Assembly: GCF_004010195.1 (NCBI RefSeq)
Contig: NC_057720.1
Span: 21,141,217-21,205,216 of the forward strand
DNA from: Chiloscyllium plagiosum
Taxonomy: Eukaryota
Length of the DNA: 64,000 nt
Direction: 5' to 3'
Part shown: positions 37,314-50,344 of the stretch, piece by piece
Numbering within the stretch: the first letter of the stretch is position 1
Layout: each line of letters opens with the position of its first letter
The notes under the pieces: generated by a model
The model's input: the letters and a program-made list of their open reading frames with translations, nothing else
Told to the model about the DNA's origin: nothing
Database searches by the model: none
Position numbers and translations under genes: made by a program

Positions 37314-37948
37314 CAGTGGAAACTCGATTATCCGAACGTGACGGGCAGGCACTATTTTGTTCGGATAATCGATTATTAGGAAAATCGAATAAATGCCTTT
37401 CCTGTGGGGCTTGGAGTTTTAAAGTCTGCTCCCTATCCAGGAGACTGCAGCAGCGCACAGTGCGTGAAAACGGGCCCCCAACTCCGTCCCCAACACAACC
37501 CCTCCCGTCCACCCCGGCCCCTCTCCGGGGCATCCGGACTGCACACCAACGATAAAACTGCTGCTGCTGCTGCCTTTGTGGAGTAACTCTCCAAATAGTA
37601 CACACACACATACACAACTTTTTACTGCAAATTTTTGGCAGGTTCCCTGTTTGCCCTGTGGGCCTGGAATCATGTGTAGGCTCAATGTTGGAGAGATTAT
37701 TCCTGGGAAGGGGGGGGTGGAGTGGTTTAGGGTACACCCCTCTGTAGAACTCCAGGGAAAGTGTGGGGAGAGAGAGAGGGCGGGAGGTCAGTAATTTGGA
37801 GACGGTGCCTGTTTAATCACTGTAAACAAAAGACGCGATCACTGTTGGAAACACGTCTTTGATGTAATGTTTCTATCGGGACCTCGAGATCTCCTTCGGA
37901 TAATCCGATTTTCGGATAATTGGTTTTCGGATAATCGAGGTTTCTCTG
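37314..37948. mobile_element. Tigger/pogo-like non-autonomous DNA transposon
   Basis: TIRs CAGTGGAAACTCGATTATCCGAA / TTCGGATAATCGAGGTTTCTCTG; TA on the left, TC on the right; subterminal TCGGATAAT repeats. Confidence 0.85.
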
Positions 37949-38547
37949 TCTATGTGCTCACTAACAATCTAATGACCACCGGGGAAGTAATTAATCTCAA
38001 TTGATAAAGTGAACAGCTGATTATGGTGCTTGATCTTGTGGTGTGTGTTTGAACTAAAAAAGGAAGGCTCATGTCCCACTTTACCACAGAGGTGTAATAT
38101 ATCATCTCTAAGAATTTTTAAATAGAGTGATTCTGACCCTTTAATATGTAGCACACCATTTCTTCCTCCTGTTATCTGGGGTTTACCACATTTAGAGTTT
38201 ACCTACATTCAGGTAGTAGGTGGTTTGATAAGATTTGTAAGAGAGCACAATAAGAATATTTCCAGGCTTATAGAATCTTAATTGCTGAGGTTGTGTCTTT
38301 AGCAGCTGGATCTATTTACTTAGGAGACTCATAGATGGTGGGTTGATGTTTGAGATGTACATAGTAGGTAATTGACAGGACTGCCTTTCTGATGTTAGAA
38401 TATCTCAGTGAGGCAAACTGATGTAGACTAGGGTCGTGCGTATAACTTATAACATGATGAGGTCGGCTTAAAGTGTTCTCAATAGGAAGCCTTTTGGAAT
38501 AGTTGTTGGGCCATGTTTGCTGAAATTTTGCAAACGTTGAAAGGAGA

Positions 38548-39140
38548 GTTTTTTTTAATTCATTCACAGGCATCACTGGCTGGGCCAGCATTTTTGCCCT
38601 TTCTTAATTGCCCAGAGAACAATTAAGAGTCAACTATATTACTGTGGGCCTGGAATCATGTGTAGGCTCAACCAGCTAAGGATGGTAGGTTTCTTTCCCT
38701 TAGTTAGGAAAGTGATAAATCAGAGAGGATTTTTACAACAATCAACAGTGGTTGCAATCAACATGTTCACCAGCATTTAAGACCAGATTATTTTATTGAA
38801 ATCAAACTTTATCATCTGCTATATTAGAATGCAAACCCAAATCCCTCAAGCATTAACCAGGGGTTCTGAATTACTAGCTGAAAATGTGTTGCTGGAAAAG
38901 CGCAGCAGGTCAGGCAGCATCCAAGGAGCAGGAGAATCAACATTTCGGGCATGAGCCCTTCTTCAGGAATGAAGAAGGGCTCATGCCCGAAACATCGATT
39001 CTCCTGCTCCTTGGATGCTGCCTGACCTGCTGCGCTTTTCCAGCAACACATTTTCAGCTCTGATCTCCAGCATCTGCAGTCCTCACTTTCTCCTCTTCTG
39101 AATTACTAGTCCACTGACATTACCAATATGCTATCACCTT
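38548..39140 (-). mobile_element. SINE family B, split by a Penelope-derived palindrome
   Basis: Tail ttttaattcattcacaggcatcactggctgggccagc; the head resumes after 39109. Confidence 0.75.
38876..39095. mobile_element. Penelope-derived asymmetric palindrome (family A)
   Basis: TSD ttctgaattactag at 38864-38877 and 39096-39109; arms meet directly at the hammerhead 5' edge. Confidence 0.9.
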
Positions 39141-40639
39141 GCTAGGTTGGTATGGTGAAAGGTAGGTGGAAAATCAGGTAATATAAGCATCATCCATGTG
39201 ATCTTCATATTAGTTTTTGACTGCTGTCTGTGGTCATAAGGAATTTTCCAATTTCATTTCCATATTGGAATTTTCTATTTGTTTTAATTTCTAAGCTTAC
39301 ATGAGGAGGGGTGGCACTGATGAGATGATAATCATCGGACTGAATATTCATGCTGTTTCACTGATACATGGGCTGTCTTTTTACATGTATCTGGGTTTAT
39401 TTTACATTGACTGTGAGCTCCAAATGAGACCAAGATGTATTACTTATAAACAGGATTCTCTTTATCCATTTATCTTTACAATTTAGACTCAAAGGAAGGC
39501 TAACTTGCTTTGGCCATTGTCACTCAGTGCTCAGAATGGTTGTAGAGTTGACATAAAGAGCACTTTTAAATATTGAACTGAAATGCCAGTTCAGGAAATT
39601 ACAAAGCTTCAGGTTTTGATTTGAGCTGTAATATTTCATGAGTCTCAATGTGTGATCAATACTGATCATGTAATGGGACTTCAAGCTGTTCTTACCGTGT
39701 ATGGTTTCAATGGAGGGTCACAGGCCTGAAACGTTAGCCTGATTTCTCTCTACATACATGCTTCCTGAACAGCGAAGTACTTCTATAATTTCCTGTTTGT
39801 ATTTCCTTATTAGATTATCTCTGATTATTTCATTTCGGTACATTGTATACACTGTCCAGATGATGATAGAGCATAAATGAAATTTGAAATAAAATCATGT
39901 AAAATGAAAGAGGATTGAGCTTAGCGTGCAGCATTGCATGAATTTCAAAACATCATATCAAAACTCACCCAACAGAGTCAGGTTGAATCAGTTGTCTGTG
40001 CTATTTAGAATTGGCAAGGACTATGGAACAGGGTGGCAGACTGCAATATCAGTTCAAATGTTCCATTGGGTCTGTTGCTGGCAGTGAAAGATTTGGTGAA
40101 ACTTCCAAGTTACAATTCATTTTTTTCCATGTTTACTGTGTGCCTGGATGTGCTCGTCAGGATTTATTACAGTTTTATTCTCAGCTTTCATTTTATGATT
40201 AAATGTGGTTGCTACGGTAACAATAATCTGAAATCACTGTATATTGCCGGGGTTTATGGGTACTCAGTTTGAATGTGGCGTATGAAGACATTTTTGGATA
40301 GTTTTCATTATTTTCCACTGGCTTCTGTGTTGGGAGATATGTTTTAATCAATATTTTTTTCCTTTTAAAAGCATGGAGAGTAAAACTGCAAAACCTAGCC
40401 AGCAGGCACATTTCACAATAGTAGGGAAAAAGTTAATATGTATCTCACAGCATGCTATACAACGGATTATTTTGAATTTCAGTAAGCGGTTCCAAAGATA
40501 AAATCAACAGGCATTGCATTAGAAAAGTTTCACAAACAATAAAGGGAATGCATTGTATCAACTGCGGGAGGAACATTCACTAAGATTATTCATCCTTGAA
40601 CTGTGTGTGAGAGAGATGTTTTACTTCCCAAGAATTTTA

Positions 40640-41075
40640 ACCATTCAAACAGAAAAGGCTTTCAATGATTTGGTGCCTTTTGTGACTTCTGGACATCCCA
40701 AAATGCTTTTCCAGCCAATGACATACTTTCGAAGTGCGAGAACTGTTGAAATGTGGGAAACATGATAATCAGTTGGTGCAAACTGCCCACAAGCAACAGT
40801 GGAACGATGACCACATAATTTTGTTTTTGTGATGTTCATTGAGAGATGACTGCATTCCTCTTTTTTGAAATGCTGCTATTTGATGTCCACCTGAATGGGT
40901 GGATGAAGACTCAGTTGAATGCCTCATCTGAAAGACAGCACACTTGACAGGAGCACTCCCTCAGTACTGCACTGGCGTATCAACCTTGTTTATTTAAAAT
41001 TCGAATCTCTGCAGTGGCACGTGAATCCTCAAACCTCTGGCTGGAAAGTTACAAAATGAAGCACAATTGTCACCT
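40640..41075 (-). mobile_element. Deu-domain SINE (SacSINE1/AmnSINE-like)
   Basis: gtccacctga...ctcatctgaaagacagcac...gcactccctcagtactgcactgg resembles the Deu-domain reverse complement; tRNA-like head at the right end. Confidence 0.7.
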
Positions 41076-42427
41076 AAAAATCAATTATAATCCAGGTTAC
41101 ACATTACAACTTAAATTGATTTATGAATTCTAAATTTTTCTTAGGAACTAACCAGAAATATTTATTCTGTTCCTTCTGTTGTTACTGTAGTTACCTCTCT
41201 CTCATGATTACAATAGTTTGGAGTAAAATATTTGAATCTTCATTAACACCACTTGAACCTAATTCGATCCTAAGCCTAGGATATAGGGGGTTGATATTTA
41301 TTGATTGCTGCTTACTAATCAGCAACATTTAATACAATCAATTTTTACTTATTTTAGACGCAGCAGTCCCAATCATCCTGTTTAATTTGACAACACTAGG
41401 AAACTATTGAATTTTAAAGTAATTGATTCTTTCAGAATTGATGAATGATCCTAGCAAGAGTTTTCATATGATCAATATTGGATTAATTCCACGAGTATTG
41501 CTCCCATAAAAAAAAATCCCTTCACATGCTTGCCACCTTTCTTGTCGCTCACAGGAAATTGTGGTATAGTATTTGCGGATGGTTACAGGAAGCAATCTGG
41601 TAGCTGCAAAACACAGTAGCTTTCTTGCCCTCTACAAAGCTCTCTCCTCCTGGTGACTCCGCACAGAGCACTCATACTCTATCTGTTTTTTGCCCTTTTG
41701 TAGGCTACAAATTGTCCAATTAGTGAACTGAAGGTGTGTGGTTGGCGTTGTGCTGATAACAGGCCCCACTTCACTGCTTGCTGTATTTGCTGTCTGTTAT
41801 CTGTGTTGCTCGATCCAGTGTATGGAGGACAATAAATCAGTGGGAGCGGATTCTGAGAGGACTCGGATGCAGTTTTGTGGAAATGTGAGTTGGGACAAAA
41901 AGACAAATTGCAAACAAAAGCAATTTATGGCTAGACATACTGCACTTTTCACTGCAGAGCCGATCCTGATAAATTAAATGTCATTTCCTGGAAGAAAATG
42001 AATAAAACAGAAAATGGGGAAAAGTATTTTTCTGTGGGGAGTGGCTAGGATCTGGAATGAATTGACTAAGACTGTGGTGAAAGCTTATTAAATTATAGGC
42101 TTAACAAGAGAATTGGATATTTATCTGAGCAGAGAATTTGAAGGGCAATGTGCAAAAGATGTTTCAGGGGCTAGCTGAGTAACATTTTACATAGAGCCAT
42201 AATAGGTTAAATATATTCCTTCTTTGTTATAACTCTGTTTGGTTAACCTTAGAATAATTCAACCAACCCATAATTGAAAGTGGATAGTGTTGAAGTGATT
42301 ATACCTCTGACTGTTATATTTATCTTCAAATCATTCAATCTGAGTAAAATTCCTTAAAAATGATGAACTCTTGTACATTTTCCATATAGGCGATTTGACT
42401 TTTTTTTGTGCTGTTGGGTCCAAACAG

Positions 42428-42735
42428 GGACAGTATGGTGGCTCAGTGGTTAGCACTTCTACTTCACAGTACCAGGGACCTAGGTTCAATCCCAGCCTTG
42501 GGCAACTGTCTTTGTGGAGTTTATACATTCTCCCTGTGTCTGTGAGGGTTTTCTCTGGGTGCTCCAGTTTCCTTCCACAATGCAAAGATGTGCAGGTTAG
42601 ATTGGCAATGCTAACTTGTCCAGGGGTGTGCAGGCTAGGTGAGTTAACCATGGGAAATGCAGTGATAGAGTGGGTCTGATTGGGATGCTCTTTGGAGGGT
42701 TGGTATGGGATGAATGGCCTGCTTCCACACTGTAG
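42428..42735 (+). mobile_element. HE1-like V-SINE
   Basis: ggtggctcagtggttagcac...ggttcaatccc head, V-domain. Confidence 0.88.
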
Positions 42736-43344
42736 TGTTCAATATTTGGCAGTGGATTCTAAGGATCTTGATAGCTTTGGGGTTCTATTGGCCTCCTACA
42801 TTAACTCCTGCAGGAGACTGACCAAACCCTTGCAAAACTGTAGAGACCCAATAAGTTTCTTGTAATCTTCTGTAATAATAAAGGTTACACATTTTTTGAA
42901 TCTCTCTGCATATTTATCGTTTCATCATTACAGGCACCTTTATAGTGAATCTGTGTTGTGCCCTTCTAAAGGTAATATTGCGTACAACACTCTAAATGAA
43001 GATTTTATTAAGCGTTTATACTGAATAGTGTTTTCATTGCCATTTAGCTTTTATATTCAATACCTTTTGTGACAAACCTTGAATTCCATTAAAATTATTT
43101 ACAGCTTTATCGATCTGAGCTGCTGTGTTTGACATTTTGTGAACCTGTACACTGATCCTCTGTTCTTTCATGGCTCTGATCCTAATTTCATTCTGATATA
43201 ATTGCTGCTTTTTATAAACAACAAAATACAATATCATTGTATTCCATCTACCACTTCTTAACCTATTTCTCTCCACCCCTCTTATACATATTTTCCCAAT
43301 CCCACTGCAGCTTCCTTTGGTTTGCTGAAGTATTATCTGTAGCT

Positions 43345-44115
43345 CCAATAAAAACATAAAGTGTTGCAGAAACGCAGCTGGGCTGGCAGTATCTGTGGAG
43401 CGAAAAGCAGAATTACCATGTTGAGACCAAAAAGGCACTTCTCTGGAACGGAAGAGGCTGGAAAATGATGGGTTTTGTGTGTTGAAACAAGTAGTAGTAG
43501 ACAATGATATTGATGAATTATAGGTGTTAATAGTTAGTATTCATAGCAGAAAGTGGATCAGCTCTGCTGACAGTAAACCCTTGCCAGTGAGACAATGTGT
43601 GAGGGAGGATGGATAATCAAAATGGAGGACAGAATTCATGGTCTGCAGTTTTTGAACTCAACATTGAGTCTTGAAGGTTGTAAAATGCCCAAGTGGAAAA
43701 TGTGGCACTGTTTTTCTAGCCTGCACTGGGCTATGCTAGAACTGCAGCAGGGCCAGGAGAGAAACAATAACATGAGAACAAATTGGTGTCTTGAAATGTC
43801 AAGCAACAGGAAAGTTGGGCTCATTCTTGTGGACAGTGTGGAGGTGTTCCATAATGTGGTTGACCAGTCTATATTTGGACTTGCCATTAACATGCTCTTT
43901 GCCATTGCTGTGGGCACCTTGCCTAGCTGTTTCACTTGTTTGTCCTAAGTTAACAGCGTAATACCTATAATTTGTTTGTCCGTCTTCACTTCCAAAGCAG
44001 AGTCATTTTGGACTTTCAATGTGACATTTGTTTTTCTCTCCGCCGATGCTGCCAGCACTTTGTTTTTTTTTTATTTAATTTCAGGTCTCTAGCATTTTGC
44101 TTTTACTTATTTCTC
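43345..44115 (-). mobile_element. Penelope-like element remnant: GIY-YIG C-terminus between inverted pseudo-LTR arms (family C)
   Basis: Minus ORF 43636-43935 ends SIAQCRLEKQCHIFHLGILQPSRLNVEFKNCRP; arms at about 43345-43450 (-) and 43980-44115 (+). Confidence 0.75.
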
Positions 44116-44774
44116 CAATTTTGCTATGTTGCACAATTTCAGATACCATTTCCTCTAAGTCTGTAAATAAATCTTGGCTAGATACAATCATTGGAAACAT
44201 TCCCAGAACAGAACCCTGAAAGAAACCACTGCCAAACTATCTAGAAAAAAAACCCTGCTGTTGGCTGAACTTGTGTTTTATACCTTTGAGACAGTTTTGG
44301 TTCAGTTTTACTTGAATTCCAAATCAAATAATCTCCATGATGCCAGAACCCCAAGTCTCAGCCTGCTTCTGTGTCACATTTTAATGTTGTGTTTGGTCTA
44401 AATTTTTCTACGTGAATGGAAAGTGTTCCCTTAGATTCAAGTTGGACAATTGAATAGAGCACTGACCTGAACTAAGTGTCAAATCAGTTGGATTCACTTC
44501 TGGACTTTTTTTTTTGTCTCTCAAATTATTATTGGAATAATTTTCTGTGCATTGTAGTTGAGAAGAGAAGAGAGATAAATTTGTTTTTTTTATTTGTTCG
44601 TGGGATGTGGATATTGTTAGCTGGGCCAGCATTTCCTGCTCTTGAGGAGGTGCTGGTGAGCTGCCTTCGTGAACTGCTGCAGCTATAGATTGAAACACAA
44701 TGCAATTAGGGAGGGAGTAAATGAACATATACAGGTTGATAAGATACAGATCTGGAATAACAATATCATAAAAT

Positions 44775-44915
44775 AGAATCCATACAGTGCAGATAGAGGC
44801 CATCCAGCCCATCAAGTCTGCATTGAATTTCTAAACAGCATCCCATCCTGACCCACCCTTCCAACCGATATCTGCAACCCTGCATTTCCCATGGCTAATC
44901 CACCTAGCTTGCACA
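44775..44915 (-). mobile_element. HE1-like SINE 3' fragment
   Basis: ccctgcatttcccatggctaatccacctagc. Confidence 0.75.
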
Positions 44916-45189
44916 ACATGACTTACATGCATTCAGTTGTATTTACAAAAGACTATAAATCACATATCAGTCCAGTAATGTGTTAATTTCCAAAATCATG
45001 CACTTTGATGAGAGCTACATTCCTGCTGGGGATGAAAAAGGCTTCTACTCTGTGTGCCCTGTGTTAATATTTTCAGACCAGATCACGTACAAGCTCTCAC
45101 TATTCTCCCCTTAAACTCAGGGCTGTGCCATTTATTGTTGGGCTGTAAGTGATCCCATTTCAGCCTTGGGCTTTTCCAGTGGGATCATA

Positions 45190-45660
45190 ACACATAGAAA
45201 CAGAAATAGACCACTCGACCCATCGTTATTCAATAAGATCGTGGTTGATCTGATAATTCTCAACTCCACTTTCATGCCTTTTCCACATGATCCTTGAATT
45301 CCCTTGCTGATGAAATAGCTGTCCATCCCAACCTTGAATATCCTTAATGACCCAGCTTTTACAGCTATCTGCAGTAAGAATTACAGGTTCATTGCCTTTG
45401 GAGAGAAGGAATTCCTTCACATCCCTGTTTTAAATGGGTAAGCCCTTATGCTGAGATTATGCTATATGGCTCTTATGCTGAGATTATGCTATATGGTCCT
45501 TGACTTTCTCACAAGGGGGAAACAACATTCTTGCGTTTACCTTGTTGAGTTGCCGAACAACATTGTATGTTTCAATAAGGATCTCCTCTCATGTTTCTCA
45601 ACTTCGATGAGTACACGCCCAATCTACTCAACCTCTCCTCATTAGACAGTCCCTCCATTC
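45190..45660 (-). mobile_element. CR1 3' fragment
   Basis: Reverse complement of the CR1 3' region (MDSYFISKGIQG...). Confidence 0.8.
45445..45496 (+). repeat. Tandem duplication, 25-bp identical unit, period 27
   Basis: cttatgctgagattatgctatatgg at 45445-45469 and 45472-45496. Confidence 0.9.
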
Positions 45661-46519
45661 TGCTCTCCCACCAATGCCAATTTAGCTGGATGTAATCAAT
45701 AACAACTAGATTGAGTTCTTACATACATTGCCCATTAGGACCAGGTTGCCAGTGAAAGAGAGAAGGTCTATGAGATTGGCTGAATTTGAACCCTGGTCTC
45801 AGAAGTAAGAGAAAGATCTGTTAACATATTGGTGACACCATTTTAACTCTGATATCTCCCTCCTTTCTTTTGAATCTGGTTAATAGTAACATTTCAACCT
45901 TCTGCAGGGACTTCTAGTGCAGCACTATGCCTTCTTTGCTGTAAGCTTATCTCCTGAATGTCGTTAATTACTGATAAAATTATCCAATCAGTTTTTAAAC
46001 CTGCTGTCAAATTCTATCTGCTGTGAATGAACTACATTTACAGAAGCTATCAGAAAAGAAAGAGGAAGAGAAGTATTTTACTTCACATTCCAAGTATTTG
46101 TATTTTCTGTCCTTTTCATCCCATTTTTGAAAAAATATGTAGAATTGAAAACTGAAACCTCGTTTGTGTCAGCTCGACTTCAGTTCAAGTAAATATATTT
46201 CACTGTCAGTGAAAGGTTTTGATGATATGGGGTAAAATAATGTTGTAATGGCAATCATAAAAATAAAGGTACACATTATTACTGAATAATGTGCTTGAAG
46301 GCTACTTCAGTCTTCTGCTCAAATTAACCATGTGCTTATAAATTACAATCAGTAACTTTCATGGTGATTAACACAATATTAGCATATTAGTGTGTTTCAC
46401 TGTGTGCTGCAGAGGGTGGTTTCTTAATACTGCCAATTATAAGCATCAGTTAATTTGGATTCATGCGCACATGTTCAGCGATTAGAACTGTTTTATGCTT
46501 GAAGCTTCTAATTAAAAAA

Positions 46520-48238
46520 AACTACAGCTCAGTTGCAACAACAATAGAGATTCTTTCCACCTTTTTGAGCTCCAGTTCCTCCAGTAGAGGCTGCTCTAAC
46601 ACTACCAAATAAGCGACAGTTACAAAAGCAGACTTTTCCAGAGTGACAACACCATCTTCTGCTCGCATCGGTTGCTGGTGTGCAGAATGGTTAGCATCTG
46701 CAACCAATTCGAGCTGGCCCCAGGAGCCAAGGTAAATTGCTTCAATGTTCTTTGGAAATTGATGACTGATGCCCATTCATTTGTCAGATCAGAATGTCAA
46801 AAGGTGCTGGGGATATGGTTTGCAGGGTGTGTGCTAGAAAAACTGGAAAGAGTGAGTAGCTATCGTCAAGCAAAAACTGAGCATGTGGGAGCAGTGCTCC
46901 CAGAAATGTGAGAAGTGAACTCAACATTGTAGATGTGAACTTGCTTGTCGGTGATGAGGTGTTCTCAGTGTCACTGTACATGGCTCAGGTCTGGTCTGTT
47001 CCTCCTGAGCAGGGGACTCAAGTCGCCTTCAAGCATGTTATCCAGTGATAGTGTGTACTTTCTGTGAATGCTATTGTAACATTGTTATGGCAATCAAATG
47101 AGCCAACCTCTGGTTTATTTGGAGGTTGACCATGGACTGTGTTCACAGGGACAAACTCTCAATAAAGGGGGAGGAAATGTATCCAACATCACCTTTATCC
47201 CTTTACCACTTCTACCTGCAGCTGCAGTGCTAGGGTAGATCCTCGTTATGCAAACACCAAGTGACACTACATGTGCAAGTTCTATCTGTCCCCAGTGTCA
47301 CAAAAGATGGACCTGGTCATATTACCGCAGAATGCCCCAAGTTGTTAGGTTGTGTTGTACTAGCTGTCTCTCATGGAGATGTTTATACAGGAAATCATCT
47401 TTAGCCACAAGTCTTTCAGGCTGTGGTGCAAGATCTTTGAGCGTCTGCGGGAATTGAATGGTTCCTTGAGCAGTCTGTCAAAGGCATTTGGCAGAGTGCC
47501 TCATCATCTGAACTTTTACAAGCAAGCACCAAGATGAAGTTGTCCAAAAGGCTTTCCCCTTAGATCCTTCTTACATTCTCTGCACATTGGCCTCAAGCTG
47601 GCTATGGCTTGGAAGCGATTCTTGTCCAATTCCTTGTAGAATGTGCCTTACTGAAGCAGATCTGGAGGCAGATGCGATGGTTTTGGTTGAGGTTACTCCC
47701 AAGCAGCTCTGTGACACGGGACTCGGTGCTCTCTGGGCTTTTCCCTGGATGCACATGGAGTTAAACATCAATTCAGTGACGGACGCTGTTTAGTCTATCT
47801 GAAACTTGCTGCTCTTCCATTTCAAAGAATTGTCCTCAATTAGGCTGCCACACTCTAGGATCTACATTGCTGAAGGCTGCACCAAAGCCTGGGGCAATGG
47901 TGCAATGGGGAATGGTCACTGCCTAGACCTTTCAACTACAGTATACTATGGGGGATAGATACTTTAGGCGGTGGTGCATCTTACAGAGAGTGTTTGTTGT
48001 AAGTTGTATTGACATACTTGAGAGGGAACATAGGCTATAGGGAAGCATGTTAAATAGCTTACATTTTCTGTAATTTCCAATTTGAAATGCAATTTGTAAA
48101 TATTAAGACTGTTACATTCATACAGAGTGGAACATGCTGTGTAGGGACCAATTGAATTTTCTTGTACAATTTGTAATATTCAAGTCACACATTGTGTAAT
48201 TTTCTTGACATTTGAATAAAGTATATTTTTGGGAAAAA
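46520..48238 (+). mobile_element. Decayed L1/Tx1-like LINE (RT C-terminus to 3' end)
   Basis: RMVSICNQFELAPGAKVN; FIWRLTMDCVHRD; VDPRYANTK*HYMCKFYLSPV...LPQNAPS; ends aataaagtatatttttgggaaaaa. Confidence 0.8.
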
Positions 48239-48552
48239 GCCAGATTAACTGGGAATTATCACAAACGAAAGGGAGCGTAATTAGGTTATTGTATATGAAA
48301 GACATGTTATTAGCTCCCATAGATAATCTATCTACACCATAAGTTACCAAATCTTTGATTGCCTGCCAACCTATTTCAATAATTTAACTAATTTAAAGCA
48401 CTTTCAAGTAAAGAATATACGAATACATAGGAATTTATTTTTAAATGCCATTTAGATTAATTATCAATTGTATATCTCAGTTGACAGGTGCCTTTTGCCT
48501 GTGACCATCACCACCTTCCTCTTTGCTGACTGCTCCTCAATTTTGAACCCAA

Positions 48553-48765
48553 CAATTTGCATTTACTGTATGTAATGACTTTAAAGCAGTGAAAACGTCC
48601 CAAGGTACTTCACAATCTGTGAACATTTGGCAATGGGCCACAAAAAGGTTTTGGGACATATGATCAAGACCTTGGACAAACAGGTAGAGAGGCAAGAAAG
48701 TTGGCAGAGGGAATTTGAGTTGAGGGGCAAGGAAGCTCAGGGCACAGCAGCTGCCAACATGAGAA
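48553..48765 (-). mobile_element. L2-like 3' end fragment
   Basis: aatttgcattt...gtgaaaacgtcccaaggtacttcaca resembles an L2 3' terminus (reverse complement). Confidence 0.5.
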
Positions 48766-49134
48766 TCTTGCCAGCCAATAAAGTATATTAAGCATGAGTC
48801 CAAATGAGGGATAAATCTGTTCAGCATGATACAATAGCAGTCTTTTCAATCCCAACAGCTTTATGCTCCATATGAGTTTCCACCTACAATCTTCATCTGA
48901 CTTTATTGGTAGAACTCTTTGATCATAGTATCAACAAGCACCTCATTACAAAGTGCCAGTAATGCACTCTACAAATTATAAATGTCTGATATAACAGAGC
49001 CATTAATCCTGCACACAGGTGGACAGTGTTTTTATAAAATGGGGCTAATCCATGGATGTTGCTGAGAACTTAATTGTATCGTGCCATTTCATTAGTTTGA
49101 AGCCTTTCATTTTACACAGCATAGTTGGTCTCCC

Positions 49135-49885
49135 TGCAATAGGAAAGATGTTGTGAAACTTGAAATGGTTCAGACAAGATTTACAAGAATATTACAAGGG
49201 TTGGAGGGTTTAAGCTATTGGGAGAGGATGAATAGACTGGGCTGTATCCTCTGGAGCATCGGAGGCTGAAGGGTGACTGTATAGAGGTCTATAAAGTCAT
49301 GAGGGGCATGGATGGGGTAAATAAACAAGGTCATTTCCCTGGGTTGGGGGAGTCCAGAAATAGACGGCATAAGTTTAGGGTGAGAGGGAAAAGATTGAAA
49401 AGGGACCTCAGGAGTAACGTTTTCACACAGAGGATGGTACGTGTATGGAATAAGCTGCCAGAGGAAGTGGTGGACGCTGGTACAATTACAACATTGAAAA
49501 GGCATCTGGATGGGTATATGAATAGGATAGGTTTAGAGGGATGTGGACCAAATGCTGGCAAATGGGACTAGGCTTATTTAGGATATTTGAGTCCAGAGTG
49601 TGGTGCTGGAAAAGCACAGCAGGTCAGGTAGCATCTGAGGAGCAGGAGAATTGATGTTTTGGGCAAAAGCCCTTCATCAGGAATCCCGATGAAGGGCTTT
49701 TGCCTGAAATGTCGATTCTCCTGCTTCTCGGATGCTGCCTGACTTGTGCTTTTCCAGCACCTCACTCTTGACTCTAATCTTTGGCATCTGTTGTCCTCAC
49801 TTTTGCCTTATTTAGGATATTTGGTCGGCATGCATGAGTTGGACCGAAGGGGCTGTTTTCATGCAGTATATCTCTATGACTGTTT
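49135..49885 (+). mobile_element. CR1/HER1-like 3' end, split by a palindrome
   Basis: RHKFRVRGKRLKRDLRSNVFTQRMVRVWNKLPEEVVDAGTITTLKRHLD. Confidence 0.93.
49590..49806. mobile_element. Penelope-derived asymmetric palindrome (family A)
   Basis: TSD cttatttaggatatttg at 49573-49589 and 49807-49823; tail on the right. Confidence 0.88.
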
Positions 49886-50344
49886 TGATGCGATAGTGTG
49901 GACAATTTATATTAAAATAAAACTCACACTAACTGCCAAAGTTTTCACTTTCTCCTATTGTGGAGGGGCTTGTGTACCGTGAAACCAACCACTATGTTTG
50001 GGGTTGTTTTCTGCCTTCACGTGACTAAACCAAGAGGTCTAACAGAGTTATAAAAGGTGAGGAAATCCTCTAGTGAGCCCTTACAAGAAAGGACTCTTAT
50101 TTTAAATAAAATGAAGTTATTGTATCATAGCAAATGCATATTACGAGAGTAAGTTAAACGTGATGGCTTGGATTTCCTCTTGACCAGAAAGCAGTGAGAT
50201 GGGAGGTGTGCATAGAGACCATCTGGAATATTCCCTTATGCCTAGATCCCTCTGAAAGATCCTGAGGTGCTCTGCCTTTCCCCACCCTAATGAAATCATC
50301 AGACTGGTTGGTGTTTAATGCAACCACTAACATTAATCCTTCAA

